The notes: a model not told the origin generated them from the letters alone. A stretch of 64,000 nt of DNA from Candidatus Zhuqueibacterota bacterium (GCA_049322915.1 JBMOPW010000012.1:1-64000), one strand, 5' to 3'; positions 49,756 through 60,247 are shown, counted from the first letter of the stretch. Made by a program: numbers and translations.

Positions 49756-50145
49756 ATGAGATTAAACTGTCAACATGTCTCGGCTGACGAAGCGGGCGGT
49801 GAGATATTCCAGATCCTTTTCGAGGAGAAGGAAGATCAGTGCGACGAACCGTACGTGCTGATTCAACGCGCGTGGCTGGAAGAAGACGAAGGCGAGTTCA
49901 GCCCCATCTACGTGGAAACGCACGATGAGCGTTTGATCGGTCACTACCGAAAGGTCGATGCCGTGCTCACCAGAAGCCATCTCACACTCCGCTTGCCACC
50001 GCCCACAGAAGAGGTGATCGAGATCGACTTCACGACCTCGGACAGCACCTTCCGAAAAGTCAAGCGGATGCTCGGGATCATTCTGCAGAGGGACACGGAC
50101 GAAGACAAAGATGCCAACATCCAGGTGGATGGTATTCGTCCATAG
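49756..50145 (+). CDS. Acidic hypothetical protein (cassette-type), in frame with the HsdR fragment
   Basis: ATG at 49756; 129 aa; no recognised family. Confidence 0.55.
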   Translation: MRLNCQHVSADEAGGEIFQILFEEKEDQCDEPYVLIQRAWLEEDEGEFSPIYVETHDERLIGHYRKVDAVLTRSHLTLRLPPPTEEVIEIDFTTSDSTFRKVKRMLGIILQRDTDEDKDANIQVDGIRP

Positions 50146-50327
50146 CGCATTGTCGGGCAATGTATCCCGTGATGCACATGAATGTCATTCGCGGGAATTG
50201 GAAAATATCCGGACATCAGCACAAACGCCCCGGCGCCGTCGCTGAAGACGAGGTCAGGGCTATTGGTTCTATTTTAAAATGTCAGAAAATGCGATGGATG
50301 TGCAACGCGCAGGTTTCGCTGTCGCGG

Positions 50328-51581
50328 TTACTTCTCTCCAAAGGTAAACGACTGGCGATAGGTTTTGTCGCCGATGGAAGGATCACACGGGGGGAAATTG
50401 CGCCATTGCCGGATGCGGCCCACAATGCACGATTCCATTCTGGGACTTTCCAGCGTGGACGATACAATCGATACGGCGGAGATAATACCTTCGGGGTTGA
50501 GGACAAAGCGAACCACTATTTTCCCCCGGACTTCCGGATTGTATTTCAGTTCCTGGCGGTAGCAATCCTGCAAAGCGCGCTTGTGGGATTCCACCACACG
50601 AAGAACGTCCTGGGCGCTGCGGGTTTTGCCTTCGCCATCCGCTTTGGCGAGCTTGCTCAAATAGCTGGAGGACACATCCTCGAACTGGACGTTGCGGGCA
50701 ATGGGCGTTGTTCTCGCCTCTTCCAGCGGCTGCACATTGTCAACAATCTGCTTCACCTCGGCATCCGCGGACACGCGCCCCCGTTTCAAATCCGACAGGT
50801 CATTTCCGCCACTGCTCCGCGCAATTTTATTCAGGTAAGTGCTTCGGCCGTAGCGAGGCACTTCAATGCGGCGCAGCTTCGATAGGACATTGGACAGGTG
50901 GCTCGAATTTTCATTGGCGTATTCCAGCAAATCTTCAACATACTCATAATCAACGGCCGTCCCTTTTTTCGCAATCAATCCCAGCAGACCCACTGAACTC
51001 ATCTCAGCTTCCAGTTCTTCCCGGGAAAGCTGTCTCATTCGGTTCATTGCCCCGCGGGTCGTTTCGCGCGCTTCGTGCGTCATGGCATTGATTTCATCTA
51101 CTCCCTCAGGTTGTCCTGTTTTTCCCGGGTCTGGCAGGTCTGCAATGGACTCCATGATATTCTCTGTTAACGCACCCATCCACTGCTCCATTCCGGTGAT
51201 TACGCCGGTATCCAGCTTATCGCGGAGGCTCAGTCCCTCGGTGGACGGAGTTGGCTTCGCCTTGTCGCTCACATTCAGCAGCAATTGCGCGTACCTCTCC
51301 TGAATTCTTGTGATCTGTGTGGCGTCTGTTCGGTAGGGAAAAATTTCTTTCAGCAGTTGAAAAGCTCCGATGTGAAAGAAAAAGGAAGCCAGTAAAATCA
51401 GAATATATCTTTTGTCGAGCGTTTTAAAAAATGATTTTCTGAATTCACTCGGTAATCTATCGAGCATCAATCCGTCTGCAAGCCCGGGTTCGGGCTGGGG
51501 ATATTGCGGTACCACTTCATCCTCTTGCATGAAATCGGCGCTGTGATTCTCCTCGTTGTAGTCCTTCAATCCAATCTCCAA
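50328..51581 (-). CDS. AgmX/PglI C-terminal (TonB-C-like) domain membrane protein
   Basis: One TM helix; GLLGLI motif; C-terminal V...K.ALQ.CY..ELK.NP..RGKIVVRF.....G......IVSSTL....ME.CI...IR.W..FP. Confidence 0.78.
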   Translation of the reverse strand: MEIGLKDYNEENHSADFMQEDEVVPQYPQPEPGLADGLMLDRLPSEFRKSFFKTLDKRYILILLASFFFHIGAFQLLKEIFPYRTDATQITRIQERYAQLLLNVSDKAKPTPSTEGLSLRDKLDTGVITGMEQWMGALTENIMESIADLPDPGKTGQPEGVDEINAMTHEARETTRGAMNRMRQLSREELEAEMSSVGLLGLIAKKGTAVDYEYVEDLLEYANENSSHLSNVLSKLRRIEVPRYGRSTYLNKIARSSGGNDLSDLKRGRVSADAEVKQIVDNVQPLEEARTTPIARNVQFEDVSSSYLSKLAKADGEGKTRSAQDVLRVVESHKRALQDCYRQELKYNPEVRGKIVVRFVLNPEGIISAVSIVSSTLESPRMESCIVGRIRQWRNFPPCDPSIGDKTYRQSFTFGEK

Positions 51582-52351
51582 ATTAGTTGTGCCGGTTCGA
51601 CTGAATAAGAAGCCTATAATATAAGTTTTTATCGATAAAAGTCAAGGATAAAATAAGAGTTACTGTAATTTGTCAGAATTTTATTATGGCCTATCCGATA
51701 GCCGGTGTGTGAAAAATAAATGACTTGTCAGCCATGATTTTTTCCTCCGATTACCGATTCGAAATTCACCGCTGATTCGTTGATCGCTCGCGTTTTCTCT
51801 GACGTCCGATGTCTGAAAGCTCCGTGTTGTGTGGTTCTATCGCATCCGATCCAATCAATTTTTCTTCGGAGAGAAACCGTCGCTCGGAGCGCATTCGCTT
51901 CATGGAATGCCAGGATGGGGTGCATTCACGAGTATTTCCTGATTGTGGTCCAGTTTGCCGGATCAAAACACTTCATTCACCAGGCCATTTTTGCATGCGC
52001 CGGCTATCTGCTAAATCAATTGTGCTTCAGATGATACACTGTTCAAAGTCGCACAGGTCGCCTCGCAGGGTGCTGTTCGGCAGATCCCGTCAGCGTCGAT
52101 TCGCAGGTGGAATGCAGCAAGCCGACATTGCGCCTGCCCTGTTATGTGTACAAAAATTATACCCCAATTCTCCGAACACGCAACGCAGGGATTCATCCGA
52201 TAAAAATTCCAAAAAAATACGGGATTAAAATTAATTAATGATTCTTAAAAATGTAATATTTTGCTTGCATTTTAAGTTAAAAAATTTATCTTATAACGTT
52301 ATTCTTTCATAATATAATCCATCTATAAACGATACATTTTTGGAGGAAAAG

Positions 52352-53461
52352 ATGAACATAGGAATCCCAAAGGAAATTCTCGCTGAAGAAAAACGGATTT
52401 CTCTGACCTCACACGGCGTATACTCTCTGGTGAAAGAAGGCCATAAGGTATACATCGAAAAAGGCGCCGGTCTGGACAGCAGTTTCTCAGATGAAGATTT
52501 CCAGAAAATGGGTGGCGAGATTGTGTTTTCTCATGAAGAAGCGTTTCAACGAGCTGATTTGATTATCAAAGTTATGCCTCCAACAGTTGAGGAATCCAAG
52601 CTGTTACATTCTGATCAAATGATTTTTTCGTTTCTGCAGTTGGGATTTTTGACCCAGGAAACAATACACAATTTACTCGAGGCCAATGTCACCGCGGTGG
52701 GCATTGACCTGATCGAAAAAGGGCATAAATATCGACCGATTCTGGTGGCCATGAGCGAAATTGCCGGAAACATGATGCCCCAGATCGCCGGCCGCTTCAT
52801 GCAAAACGACCAGGGTGGTCGGGGAATTGCCATTGGTGGATTTCCGGGAATACCACCGTCCACCGTTGTCATTCTCGGCGCCGGCAATCTCGGCTACAAT
52901 ACCGCTAAATCATTCCTGAAAATGGGCGCTCAGGTGATTGTCATGGATGAAGATATCTCCCGGCTGCGATACATCGATAATGAGCTGGATGGTCGCGCGA
53001 TAACAACCATCATCAACCACTACACGCTGGAACGCGCGCTGAGAATTTCGGACGTCTTCATTGGCGCGGTATATCAGAAAAACAGCAAGACCCCCACAAT
53101 CATCACCGAAGAGCATCTGGCCATGATGAAGAAAGGCGCGCTGATTATCGACGCGTCGATCGATCACGGCGGCTGCGTGGCCACAAGCCGACCCACCACG
53201 CATTCCGATCCGGTTTTCACCAAACACGGAATTTTGCACTACTGCGTGCCAAATATCCCGGCTGCTGTGGCGCGGACCAGTTCGCGGGCCATGGGCAATC
53301 TCGTTCTGCCGTTTGTCCTCTCCATTGTGCGACACGGCATTCGGGAGACCTGCCGCTCCAACGACGTTTTGACCACTGGAATCTACATTCACAATGGAAA
53401 ATGCACCAATAAAGCTGTTGCAGAATTATTTGATCTTAACTACCAGGAATATAACTGTTAA
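52352..53461 (+). CDS. ald: Alanine dehydrogenase-like protein (divergent active site)
   Basis: IGIPKE...E.R, EKGAG, MSEIAG, ILGAG..G, D.SIDHGGC..TS.PTTH.DP, HYCVPNIP; GGAGG RBS. Confidence 0.8.
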   Translation: MNIGIPKEILAEEKRISLTSHGVYSLVKEGHKVYIEKGAGLDSSFSDEDFQKMGGEIVFSHEEAFQRADLIIKVMPPTVEESKLLHSDQMIFSFLQLGFLTQETIHNLLEANVTAVGIDLIEKGHKYRPILVAMSEIAGNMMPQIAGRFMQNDQGGRGIAIGGFPGIPPSTVVILGAGNLGYNTAKSFLKMGAQVIVMDEDISRLRYIDNELDGRAITTIINHYTLERALRISDVFIGAVYQKNSKTPTIITEEHLAMMKKGALIIDASIDHGGCVATSRPTTHSDPVFTKHGILHYCVPNIPAAVARTSSRAMGNLVLPFVLSIVRHGIRETCRSNDVLTTGIYIHNGKCTNKAVAELFDLNYQEYNC

Positions 53462-53491
53462 TCATTGATTATAATTTGAGAGAGTCGAAAA

Positions 53492-54793
53492 ATGAAATGG
53501 ATGGAAGATTATAAGAAAAAACTTTCAAGTGCTGAAGATGCTGTTAAGCTTATCGAAAGCGGAACGCGAATTTATGTATCAGGAAACGCTGCTACTCCCT
53601 ATCCTCTTGTCAAAGCATTGGCACAACGAAAAAATGAACTCATGGATGTGGATGTCGTTCATGTGCTCCTGTTAGGCGAAGACCCGCTGTCTGCGCCGGG
53701 CATGGAAGGACATTTTCGCCATAAATCACTGTTCGTCGGGCCCGCCGACCGGAAGGCCGTCAACGATGGAAATGCCGATTATTTCCCGATCTTTTTGTAC
53801 GAAATTCCGGCGCTGTTCTATAAAGGCCGGGGCACGCTGCCGCTGGATACGGCTATCATTCAGACGTCGCCACCGGATTCGCACGGGTTTCTTTCCTTTG
53901 GCGTCGAAGATCTGGCCACCAAAAGCGCCGCGGAAAACGCCAAGTCGCTCATCGTGCAGGTGAATGACAAAATGCCGCGCACTCTGGGCGATAGTTTTGT
54001 TCACATTTCCCGGGCGACCCGAATTGTCGAGACTTCGGAAGAGCTGCCCACGCTGGAAATCAATCCTCCCAACGAAGTGGAGCAACGCATCGGCGAGTAC
54101 ATCGCTGAGCTCGTGGAGGACGGTTCCACGCTGCAGTTAGGCATCGGTGGAATTCCCAATGCCGCTCTGGCTGCAATGGCCACGAAAAAGGATCTGGGCA
54201 TCCACACCGAAATGGTCTCCGATGGCATCATGGAAGCCATTGAATCCGGCTTCATCAACGGCAGCCGAAAGACATTGCACGCCGGCAAAGTGGTGGCGAC
54301 GTTCATCCTCGGTTCCAAGAGTCTCTATGATTTTGTGCATAACAATCCCATGTTCGAAATGCACCCGGTCGATTACAGCAACGATCCGTTCATCGTCGCT
54401 CAGAACGACAACATGGTGGCCATCAACTCGGCCATCGAAGTCGATTTGACCGGCCAGGTCTGTTCGGATTCGATCGGGTATAAAATTTACTCCGGTTTTG
54501 GCGGCCAGGTGGATTTCATCCGCGGCGCGGCCAGATCCAAACATGGCAAGCCGATCATTGCGCTGCCTTCGACTGCCAAAAACGATACCGTCAGTAAAAT
54601 TGTTCCACATTTGAAGGAAGGTGCGGGAGTTGTAACGAGCCGTGGTGATGTGCATTATGTGGTAACAGAATTTGGTGTAGCTTATCTGCATGGAAAAAGC
54701 CTCCGACGCCGAGCTGAAGCTCTGATTAGCATCGCCCACCCCAACTTCAGAGACGAGTTAAAACATTTCGCACAAGAACGTAAAATCCTGTAA
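53492..54793 (+). CDS. Acetyl-CoA hydrolase/transferase family (4-hydroxybutyrate CoA-transferase-like)
   Basis: DGSTLQLGIGGIP, GIHTEM, INSAIEVDLTGQV, SGFGGQVDF.RGA, VVTEFG.A.L.GK. Confidence 0.92.
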   Translation: MKWMEDYKKKLSSAEDAVKLIESGTRIYVSGNAATPYPLVKALAQRKNELMDVDVVHVLLLGEDPLSAPGMEGHFRHKSLFVGPADRKAVNDGNADYFPIFLYEIPALFYKGRGTLPLDTAIIQTSPPDSHGFLSFGVEDLATKSAAENAKSLIVQVNDKMPRTLGDSFVHISRATRIVETSEELPTLEINPPNEVEQRIGEYIAELVEDGSTLQLGIGGIPNAALAAMATKKDLGIHTEMVSDGIMEAIESGFINGSRKTLHAGKVVATFILGSKSLYDFVHNNPMFEMHPVDYSNDPFIVAQNDNMVAINSAIEVDLTGQVCSDSIGYKIYSGFGGQVDFIRGAARSKHGKPIIALPSTAKNDTVSKIVPHLKEGAGVVTSRGDVHYVVTEFGVAYLHGKSLRRRAEALISIAHPNFRDELKHFAQERKIL

Positions 54794-54799
54794 ATATGA

Positions 54800-54847
54800 A
54801 TGACCATCCCCGGCGGCTCTCGGGCCGCCGGATGGTCATACTTTTTT
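54800..54847 (+). terminator. Rho-independent terminator
   Basis: ATGACCATC-CGGCGGC/GCCGCCG-GATGGTCAT hairpin plus T run. Confidence 0.8.
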
Positions 54848-55040
54848 AAAATGAAACGATCGAGGGGACGGGCTCGCCGATTCATTTCATTTTTTTCGGT
54901 GCAGCCATTCCCCGCGCATCAGAAAATTGAAGCGACAGCGGTGATGCGCCTTTTGACGCTGCGCCTCAGATATTTTCAACTCAGAACTTTAATTCATCCA
55001 TTGAAACCACAATCAAAATTGAAGTGAAGGAGAATTTCAC

Positions 55041-56237
55041 ATGGCAAAACTGACCATCGATGATGTTATTTTGAAAGATAAACGCGTGTTAATACGTGTC
55101 GATTTCAATGTACCGCTGACAGAAAATCTGGCAGTCAGCGATGATACCCGCATTGTCGCGTCGCTGCCCACCATAAAGAAGGTGATCGCCTCCGGCGGGA
55201 AAGCGATTCTGATGTCGCATCTGGGACGGCCCAAAGGTAAGGCCGTGGACTCCATGAGGATGGCTCCGGTCGCAAAACGGCTCTCCGAGCTCATTGGCAA
55301 GCCGGTCGCGACAGTCAATGACTGCATTGGCGAATCTGTCACCGCCGCAGTTGACAGGATGAAAAATGGAGACGTCCTGCTTCTGGAAAATCTCCGTTTT
55401 CACAATGAGGAAACGGACAATGAACCGGAGTTCGCTAAAAAATTGGCCAACCTGGGCGATATTTACATCAACGATGCGTTCGGCACGGCCCATCGCGCGC
55501 ACGCTTCCACCGAGGGCGTGACGCGATATTTCAAACAATGCGCCGCCGGCTACCTCATTCAAAAAGAATTGCAATATCTGGGCGACGCCATTGAAAATCC
55601 CAAGCGTCCGTTTGTGGCCATTCTGGGCGGCGCGAAGATCTCCGGCAAAATCGATGTCATCGAAAATCTGCTTGGCAAAGTGGATGCGCTGATCATCGGC
55701 GGCGGCATGACCTACACCTTTCTGAAAGCGCGGAATGTGGAAATTGGCAATTCCCTCCTGGAAGCTGACAAAATCGATCTGGCCAAACAGGTGCTGGATA
55801 AAGTCAAATCGAAGAAAGTCAATTTCAATCTGCCTCTGGATCATGTGATCGCAAAAGAGGTAGCCGAGGGGGCTGAAATGAAAACGACGAAATCGGATGA
55901 CATTCCGGCTGGCTGGGCCGGCGTGGATATTGGCCCGGAATCCATCGTCGCCTTCAAGAAAATTTTGAAAGGCGCGCAGACAGTCGTATGGAATGGCCCC
56001 ATGGGCGTATTCGAAATCAGCGCCTTTGCAAAAGGCACGCTGGAAATCGCCACGATTCTGGCCGACATCACATCAAAGGGCGCCGTCACTGTAGTTGGCG
56101 GCGGCGATTCTGTGGCCGCGCTGGCGAAAAGCAACCTGACCGAGAAAGTCTCGCACGTATCCACCGGCGGCGGCGCTTCGCTCGAATTTCTTGGCGGCAT
56201 CAAGCTGCCGGGCATTGAAGCATTGACTGAGAAATAG
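55041..56237 (+). CDS. pgk: Phosphoglycerate kinase
   Basis: [56 protein letters not shown]. Confidence 0.98.
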   Translation: MAKLTIDDVILKDKRVLIRVDFNVPLTENLAVSDDTRIVASLPTIKKVIASGGKAILMSHLGRPKGKAVDSMRMAPVAKRLSELIGKPVATVNDCIGESVTAAVDRMKNGDVLLLENLRFHNEETDNEPEFAKKLANLGDIYINDAFGTAHRAHASTEGVTRYFKQCAAGYLIQKELQYLGDAIENPKRPFVAILGGAKISGKIDVIENLLGKVDALIIGGGMTYTFLKARNVEIGNSLLEADKIDLAKQVLDKVKSKKVNFNLPLDHVIAKEVAEGAEMKTTKSDDIPAGWAGVDIGPESIVAFKKILKGAQTVVWNGPMGVFEISAFAKGTLEIATILADITSKGAVTVVGGGDSVAALAKSNLTEKVSHVSTGGGASLEFLGGIKLPGIEALTEK

Positions 56238-56467
56238 GAGTCAACTTTTCCGGTTCGTCCCCCGGACTTCGAATTCGATGAAATCGGAGTCCGGGGATGC
56301 GCGCCATCTAGGCTCTAACTTCGGCATGAACTTTGTACTTTAATTCGGGGGAACCAGGCAACATCATAAATCGACATGGCTTTTTCAGGCATCAGCATTG
56401 ATATTCAGCGACAGTCCGTTTAATAAGTTTTGCTACCTTTGCACTGCATCTTTGCACTGGAAAATTA

Positions 56468-57352
56468 ATGGCCAAAAAATTTACTAACACTCAGCAATTC
56501 TTTGAAATGTATTTAGAATTTCATGAAAAGATATTCAAGGTTCATGTGAAGTGTATGCAGCACTTGGTGGCTGTATTACCTTTCCAGGATTTGAATCGTA
56601 TTGATATCGCTGAAAAATTGGGCAACAACAGGCCGATTATTGACGCGGATTCGTTGATCATTTCTGAAAAAGACCTTGAGAAAGTATTTGATCAGATTTT
56701 CCCGCTGATTAAAAAGTACTCCAATCAGCATACGGATCAGATGCATCGTTTCGAAGAATTGTACGATCGACGCCGGATCGAACTGCTGGAACTTGTCCGA
56801 GCGCTTCTCGGGGAACACAGCGAACTCTTCACCGAAATCTCATCCAAGCATGACATCTCTCCCCTGCTGCTGGAACGAGTGGCAGAGCTCGTCATCAGCC
56901 CTTACTTTGAATTATGCGCCGAGTTGTTCGGTAAGCAATTGCGACTGCAGAACTGGAACAGGGAGATCTGTCCGATCTGTGGATTCCATCCATCCATGGC
57001 CATTGTGAATGAACAGCATCAAACCCGCCAGCTCTGGTGCCATTTCTGTGACACCACCTGGTCCTTTCGCGAAATGGTCTGTCCTTTCTGCCTGAGCGAC
57101 GATCCGAAAACCACAACATTGATTTTTCCTCCGAACAACAAACCGTATCGCATCGATGCCTGTACAAAATGCAATAACTATATCAAGACGGTCGACGAGC
57201 TTCTCATTCAGGACAAACAGAACCTCAGCGTGAGAAATGTTGCGACCTATTACCTGGATTTATTGGCATTAAAATTTGGTTTCAATGTTCAAAACTGTTT
57301 CAAATTCTACGTCGAAACAATTTTTAAAAAGGGAAAATCCAATGAAGAATGA
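56468..57352 (+). CDS. fdhE: FdhE-like formate dehydrogenase accessory protein
   Basis: W....CPICG..P, R.L.C.FC.T.W, CPFC, RID.C..C..YIK.VD, LDLLA. Confidence 0.8.
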   Translation: MAKKFTNTQQFFEMYLEFHEKIFKVHVKCMQHLVAVLPFQDLNRIDIAEKLGNNRPIIDADSLIISEKDLEKVFDQIFPLIKKYSNQHTDQMHRFEELYDRRRIELLELVRALLGEHSELFTEISSKHDISPLLLERVAELVISPYFELCAELFGKQLRLQNWNREICPICGFHPSMAIVNEQHQTRQLWCHFCDTTWSFREMVCPFCLSDDPKTTTLIFPPNNKPYRIDACTKCNNYIKTVDELLIQDKQNLSVRNVATYYLDLLALKFGFNVQNCFKFYVETIFKKGKSNEE

Positions 57353-57509
57353 TGCAGAAGTGACCTTATTGGTCAACGGTGAAAAAGTGAAACTGAATCC
57401 ATTTGTCCACTCCGTCTTTATCAATGTCGTTGGCGCACTCGTTTCCTCACTGAAATTGAACGAGGATGCAGAGAAAATTGAACTCACGGTTACCGCAGCC
57501 AGAGAATAG
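57342..57509 (+). CDS. Small protein resembling the MobB C-terminal domain
   Basis: V.L.VNG....LNPFV......V.ALVSSLK pattern; overlaps the fdhE stop. Confidence 0.6.
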   Translation: MKNDAEVTLLVNGEKVKLNPFVHSVFINVVGALVSSLKLNEDAEKIELTVTAARE

Positions 57510-57548
57510 CATCTCACGCTCAGGATTTATCAAAACGGAGGAATAAAA

Positions 57549-58331
57549 ATGAAACCCAACGGAATCATCACGCTGCTCACCGATTTCGGCGACGCCGACG
57601 GTTTCGTCGGCATCATGAAGGGGGTCATCCTCTCAATAAACGACCAGGCCAGGGTCATTGATATCAGCAATTCTCTGCCATCGCAGGACATCGAAGCCGG
57701 CGCGCTCATTCTGGAGAATAGCCACCGCTATTTTCCCAAAGGCACCATCCACGTCGCTGTGGTGGATCCGGGTGTAGGTTCTGACCGGCGAATTCTGGGC
57801 GTTCAAACGCAGGACTACTTCTTCATCGCCCCGGACAATACCCTGTTGAAATTTATCTTTTACAGGAATGAAACCTTATCCGTCGTTGAATTGTTAAACA
57901 AGCAATATTTTTTGCCCGAGATCAGCCGCACATTTCATGGTCGCGATATCTTTGCACCGGTAGCGGCTCACCTCTCACTGGGCGTGCCCTTGACGGATTT
58001 TGGACCGCAGGTGGTCGATTTTCAGCGCGGCGAAATTTTTCAGCCGGTGATTCTTTCAAAGAAGATCATTGGCAATATTGTTCACATCGACAAATTCGGC
58101 AATCTCATCACTGACATTCATGGAACCAGGCTGAACAAACCGATCCTGGTGATCTCCGCTGGCTCCACAGCAATTCACCGTCTCGTCGATTCGTACGCGC
58201 ATGTCACTGTGGGAGCGCCGTTGGCGATCATTGGCAGCTCCGGATTCCTGGAAATTTCGGTTCGGAACGGCAACGCCAGCGAACAGTGCGCCCTTCACCG
58301 TGGCGACATTGTACAGGTCGAATTCAGATAA
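57549..58331 (+). CDS. SAM hydrolase / SAM-dependent halogenase family (DUF62)
   Basis: ITLLTDFG..D, VVDPGVGS.RR, APDN, S.TFHGRD.FAP, D.FGN.IT. Confidence 0.92.
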   Translation: MKPNGIITLLTDFGDADGFVGIMKGVILSINDQARVIDISNSLPSQDIEAGALILENSHRYFPKGTIHVAVVDPGVGSDRRILGVQTQDYFFIAPDNTLLKFIFYRNETLSVVELLNKQYFLPEISRTFHGRDIFAPVAAHLSLGVPLTDFGPQVVDFQRGEIFQPVILSKKIIGNIVHIDKFGNLITDIHGTRLNKPILVISAGSTAIHRLVDSYAHVTVGAPLAIIGSSGFLEISVRNGNASEQCALHRGDIVQVEFR

Positions 58332-58379
58332 CGGCGCGCCGCGGACGTTCATGAAATGCAATGCAAATTTTGAATTATT

Positions 58380-59279
58380 GTGGATACATCGTTTATGCGC
58401 TATTCTGATTACGGGCCGGAATACACGAACTATTTTCATGCCCGACAAAGTCGATTTCCCATTCTTGATAAATTGAAGCTCCGGGGGCCATGGCTTCACA
58501 TTCTTCTGCTCGTGCTCACCTTCGGTTCGACTTATTTGTTGCAGGGTATCTGGTACTCCCTTTCCATCGTTTCCATTCTGTTCGCTCACGAAATGGGGCA
58601 TTATTTAATGTGCCGGCGTTACGGCATCAGCGCAACGCTGCCTTACTTCATTCCATTTCCGTTTCCCAAACTCAATCCATTTGGCACGCTGGGCGCCGTG
58701 ATAAAAATGAAAGGTCGCATTCCCAACCGGCGCGCTCTGTTTGATGTGGGAATTGCCGGGCCGCTGGCCGGTCTTGCAGTGACCATTCCCGTGCTCATCA
58801 TCGGATTGAGCAAATCGTCGTTCATTCCGCTGAGCACAGTGCCGCAGGGTGCCATGGGTTTGGGCGACTCCCTGCTGTTCTCTCAAATCGCGCGCCTCAT
58901 TCTGGGAGCAACGCCGGAAGGATATGACATGATGCTGCATCCCATGGCATTCGCCGGCTGGGCCGGTCTTTTTGTCACTGCATTGAACCTCATGCCTATC
59001 GGCCAGTTGGACGGCGGACACATCCTCTACGCCCTTTTTGGCCACAAAAGCGAAACGATTTACAAGTTCGTGATGATCGGATTCATCATCACCTGCGCGT
59101 TCTGGTACCAGGGCTGGTTATTGCTGATACTGCTTCTTCTGTGGTTTGGCTACCGACATCCGGCTCCGGAAAATGACTTTGTCCCGATAGACACAAAAAG
59201 AAAAATTCTCGGTTATGCCACGTTCGTCATTTTCATCATTTCGTTCGTACCACAACCACTCTATATTTATGGGAATTAA
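58380..59279 (+). CDS. Site-2 protease (M50) family
   Basis: HEMGH, GTLGA, AGPLAG, NLMPIGQLDGGH. Confidence 0.92.
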   Translation: MDTSFMRYSDYGPEYTNYFHARQSRFPILDKLKLRGPWLHILLLVLTFGSTYLLQGIWYSLSIVSILFAHEMGHYLMCRRYGISATLPYFIPFPFPKLNPFGTLGAVIKMKGRIPNRRALFDVGIAGPLAGLAVTIPVLIIGLSKSSFIPLSTVPQGAMGLGDSLLFSQIARLILGATPEGYDMMLHPMAFAGWAGLFVTALNLMPIGQLDGGHILYALFGHKSETIYKFVMIGFIITCAFWYQGWLLLILLLLWFGYRHPAPENDFVPIDTKRKILGYATFVIFIISFVPQPLYIYGN

Positions 59280-59353
59280 AAGGTGACACAATGGGTAAAA
59301 ACGGATTTCAGGCGAACCCTGATAATAGCGCCAAACTCCGTCCTAAAAATCGT

Positions 59354-60247
59354 ATGAAAAAGATTTTCGCCAATAAAACAGTCATCACCTCGCTCATCAT
59401 CCTGCTCCTGTTCATTGTCCTGGAATTTACCACCGATTTCATCGAGATCATCATCGGCAGCGTGATTGACCTCACCAATCCGCTTCGACCCCAGTCCGGC
59501 ACCATCTGGGATTTGTACAACGCCGACCGTCGCGCCGCCAATCAGGTACTGGAAATTTCTTCGGCTGTACCGGACGGAGCCACGGAAAAACCCGATATCT
59601 CGAATCTCAGTCAATTGCGGGAAAAGCTGGAGCAGGACGGAACCCTGCTCATCTCTTCCGATAATTTTCTCGATCTGTACAATCAAATGCCGAACCGATT
59701 TTCGACCAAAGTCATCTCGCCCTTCGACCTGTTGAAATTGACGCACAGCGATCAATGGGTCTGGACAAAACTCGTGAAGAGCGAGAACAATATCAACATT
59801 TATTTTTTTGACGGAGACAAACAACTCATCATGGACACCTATCCGCCGATGACCGTTTTGTACGACGTCTCCACGCCGGAGCAGGAAAAGCGCGCCACTC
59901 TGGATTCTCTCGAAATGTACAGAGGTCGAACCATCTCCCGGGACAAGTTTTTTGAAACACTTGATAATCTCTCTTCCAACACAACAAAATATCAGCTCAT
60001 CAATGACCCGTTTCAACTCATCAAATGGGATAAAAGCATCCGCAGAGTGGGAATTTCCCGCTACATCACGCCAAACTTCACCGTCAATATTGGCTTTGAA
60101 GTGAAACAGGGAATTTACACTGAAATCTATACCTTCGAAGCCAGTGAATTAGCTGCCGGGTATTTCATCGCCAAACTGAATGAATTATACCCCGGGCTTA
60201 ATTTTGAATTTCCGGAGAGCACCTATCGTGGCTATCAGAATTACTAA
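59354..60247 (+). CDS. Hypothetical membrane-anchored protein
   Basis: Single N-terminal TM helix; lies between the S2P and PBP1A genes and overlaps the PBP1A start. Confidence 0.7.
   Translation: MKKIFANKTVITSLIILLLFIVLEFTTDFIEIIIGSVIDLTNPLRPQSGTIWDLYNADRRAANQVLEISSAVPDGATEKPDISNLSQLREKLEQDGTLLISSDNFLDLYNQMPNRFSTKVISPFDLLKLTHSDQWVWTKLVKSENNINIYFFDGDKQLIMDTYPPMTVLYDVSTPEQEKRATLDSLEMYRGRTISRDKFFETLDNLSSNTTKYQLINDPFQLIKWDKSIRRVGISRYITPNFTVNIGFEVKQGIYTEIYTFEASELAAGYFIAKLNELYPGLNFEFPESTYRGYQNY

Larger units (their letters stand above)
46360..50190 (+). mobile_element. Degraded integron cassette array without integrase (CALIN-like)
   Basis: attC-like 46437-46534 ending ATTAGGC; GCCTAAC overlapping the stop of the next gene (48351); attC right half ending GTTGGGC (48660); GCCTAAC (49500); co-oriented unrelated genes of mixed GC content. 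Confidence 0.7.

Noticed and set aside
51700..52230. About 500 bp intergenic region with several short ORFs
   Set aside because: No recognisable protein motif, RNA family or strong structure seen
56322..56337. sigma54-like CGGCATGAACTTTGTA upstream of fdhE
   Set aside because: The -12 GC is replaced by GT; too weak to call
57549..58331. Halogenase (fluorinase/chlorinase) biosynthetic cluster
   Set aside because: Housekeeping context; most DUF62 proteins are SAM hydrolases, and no biosynthetic genes are adjacent
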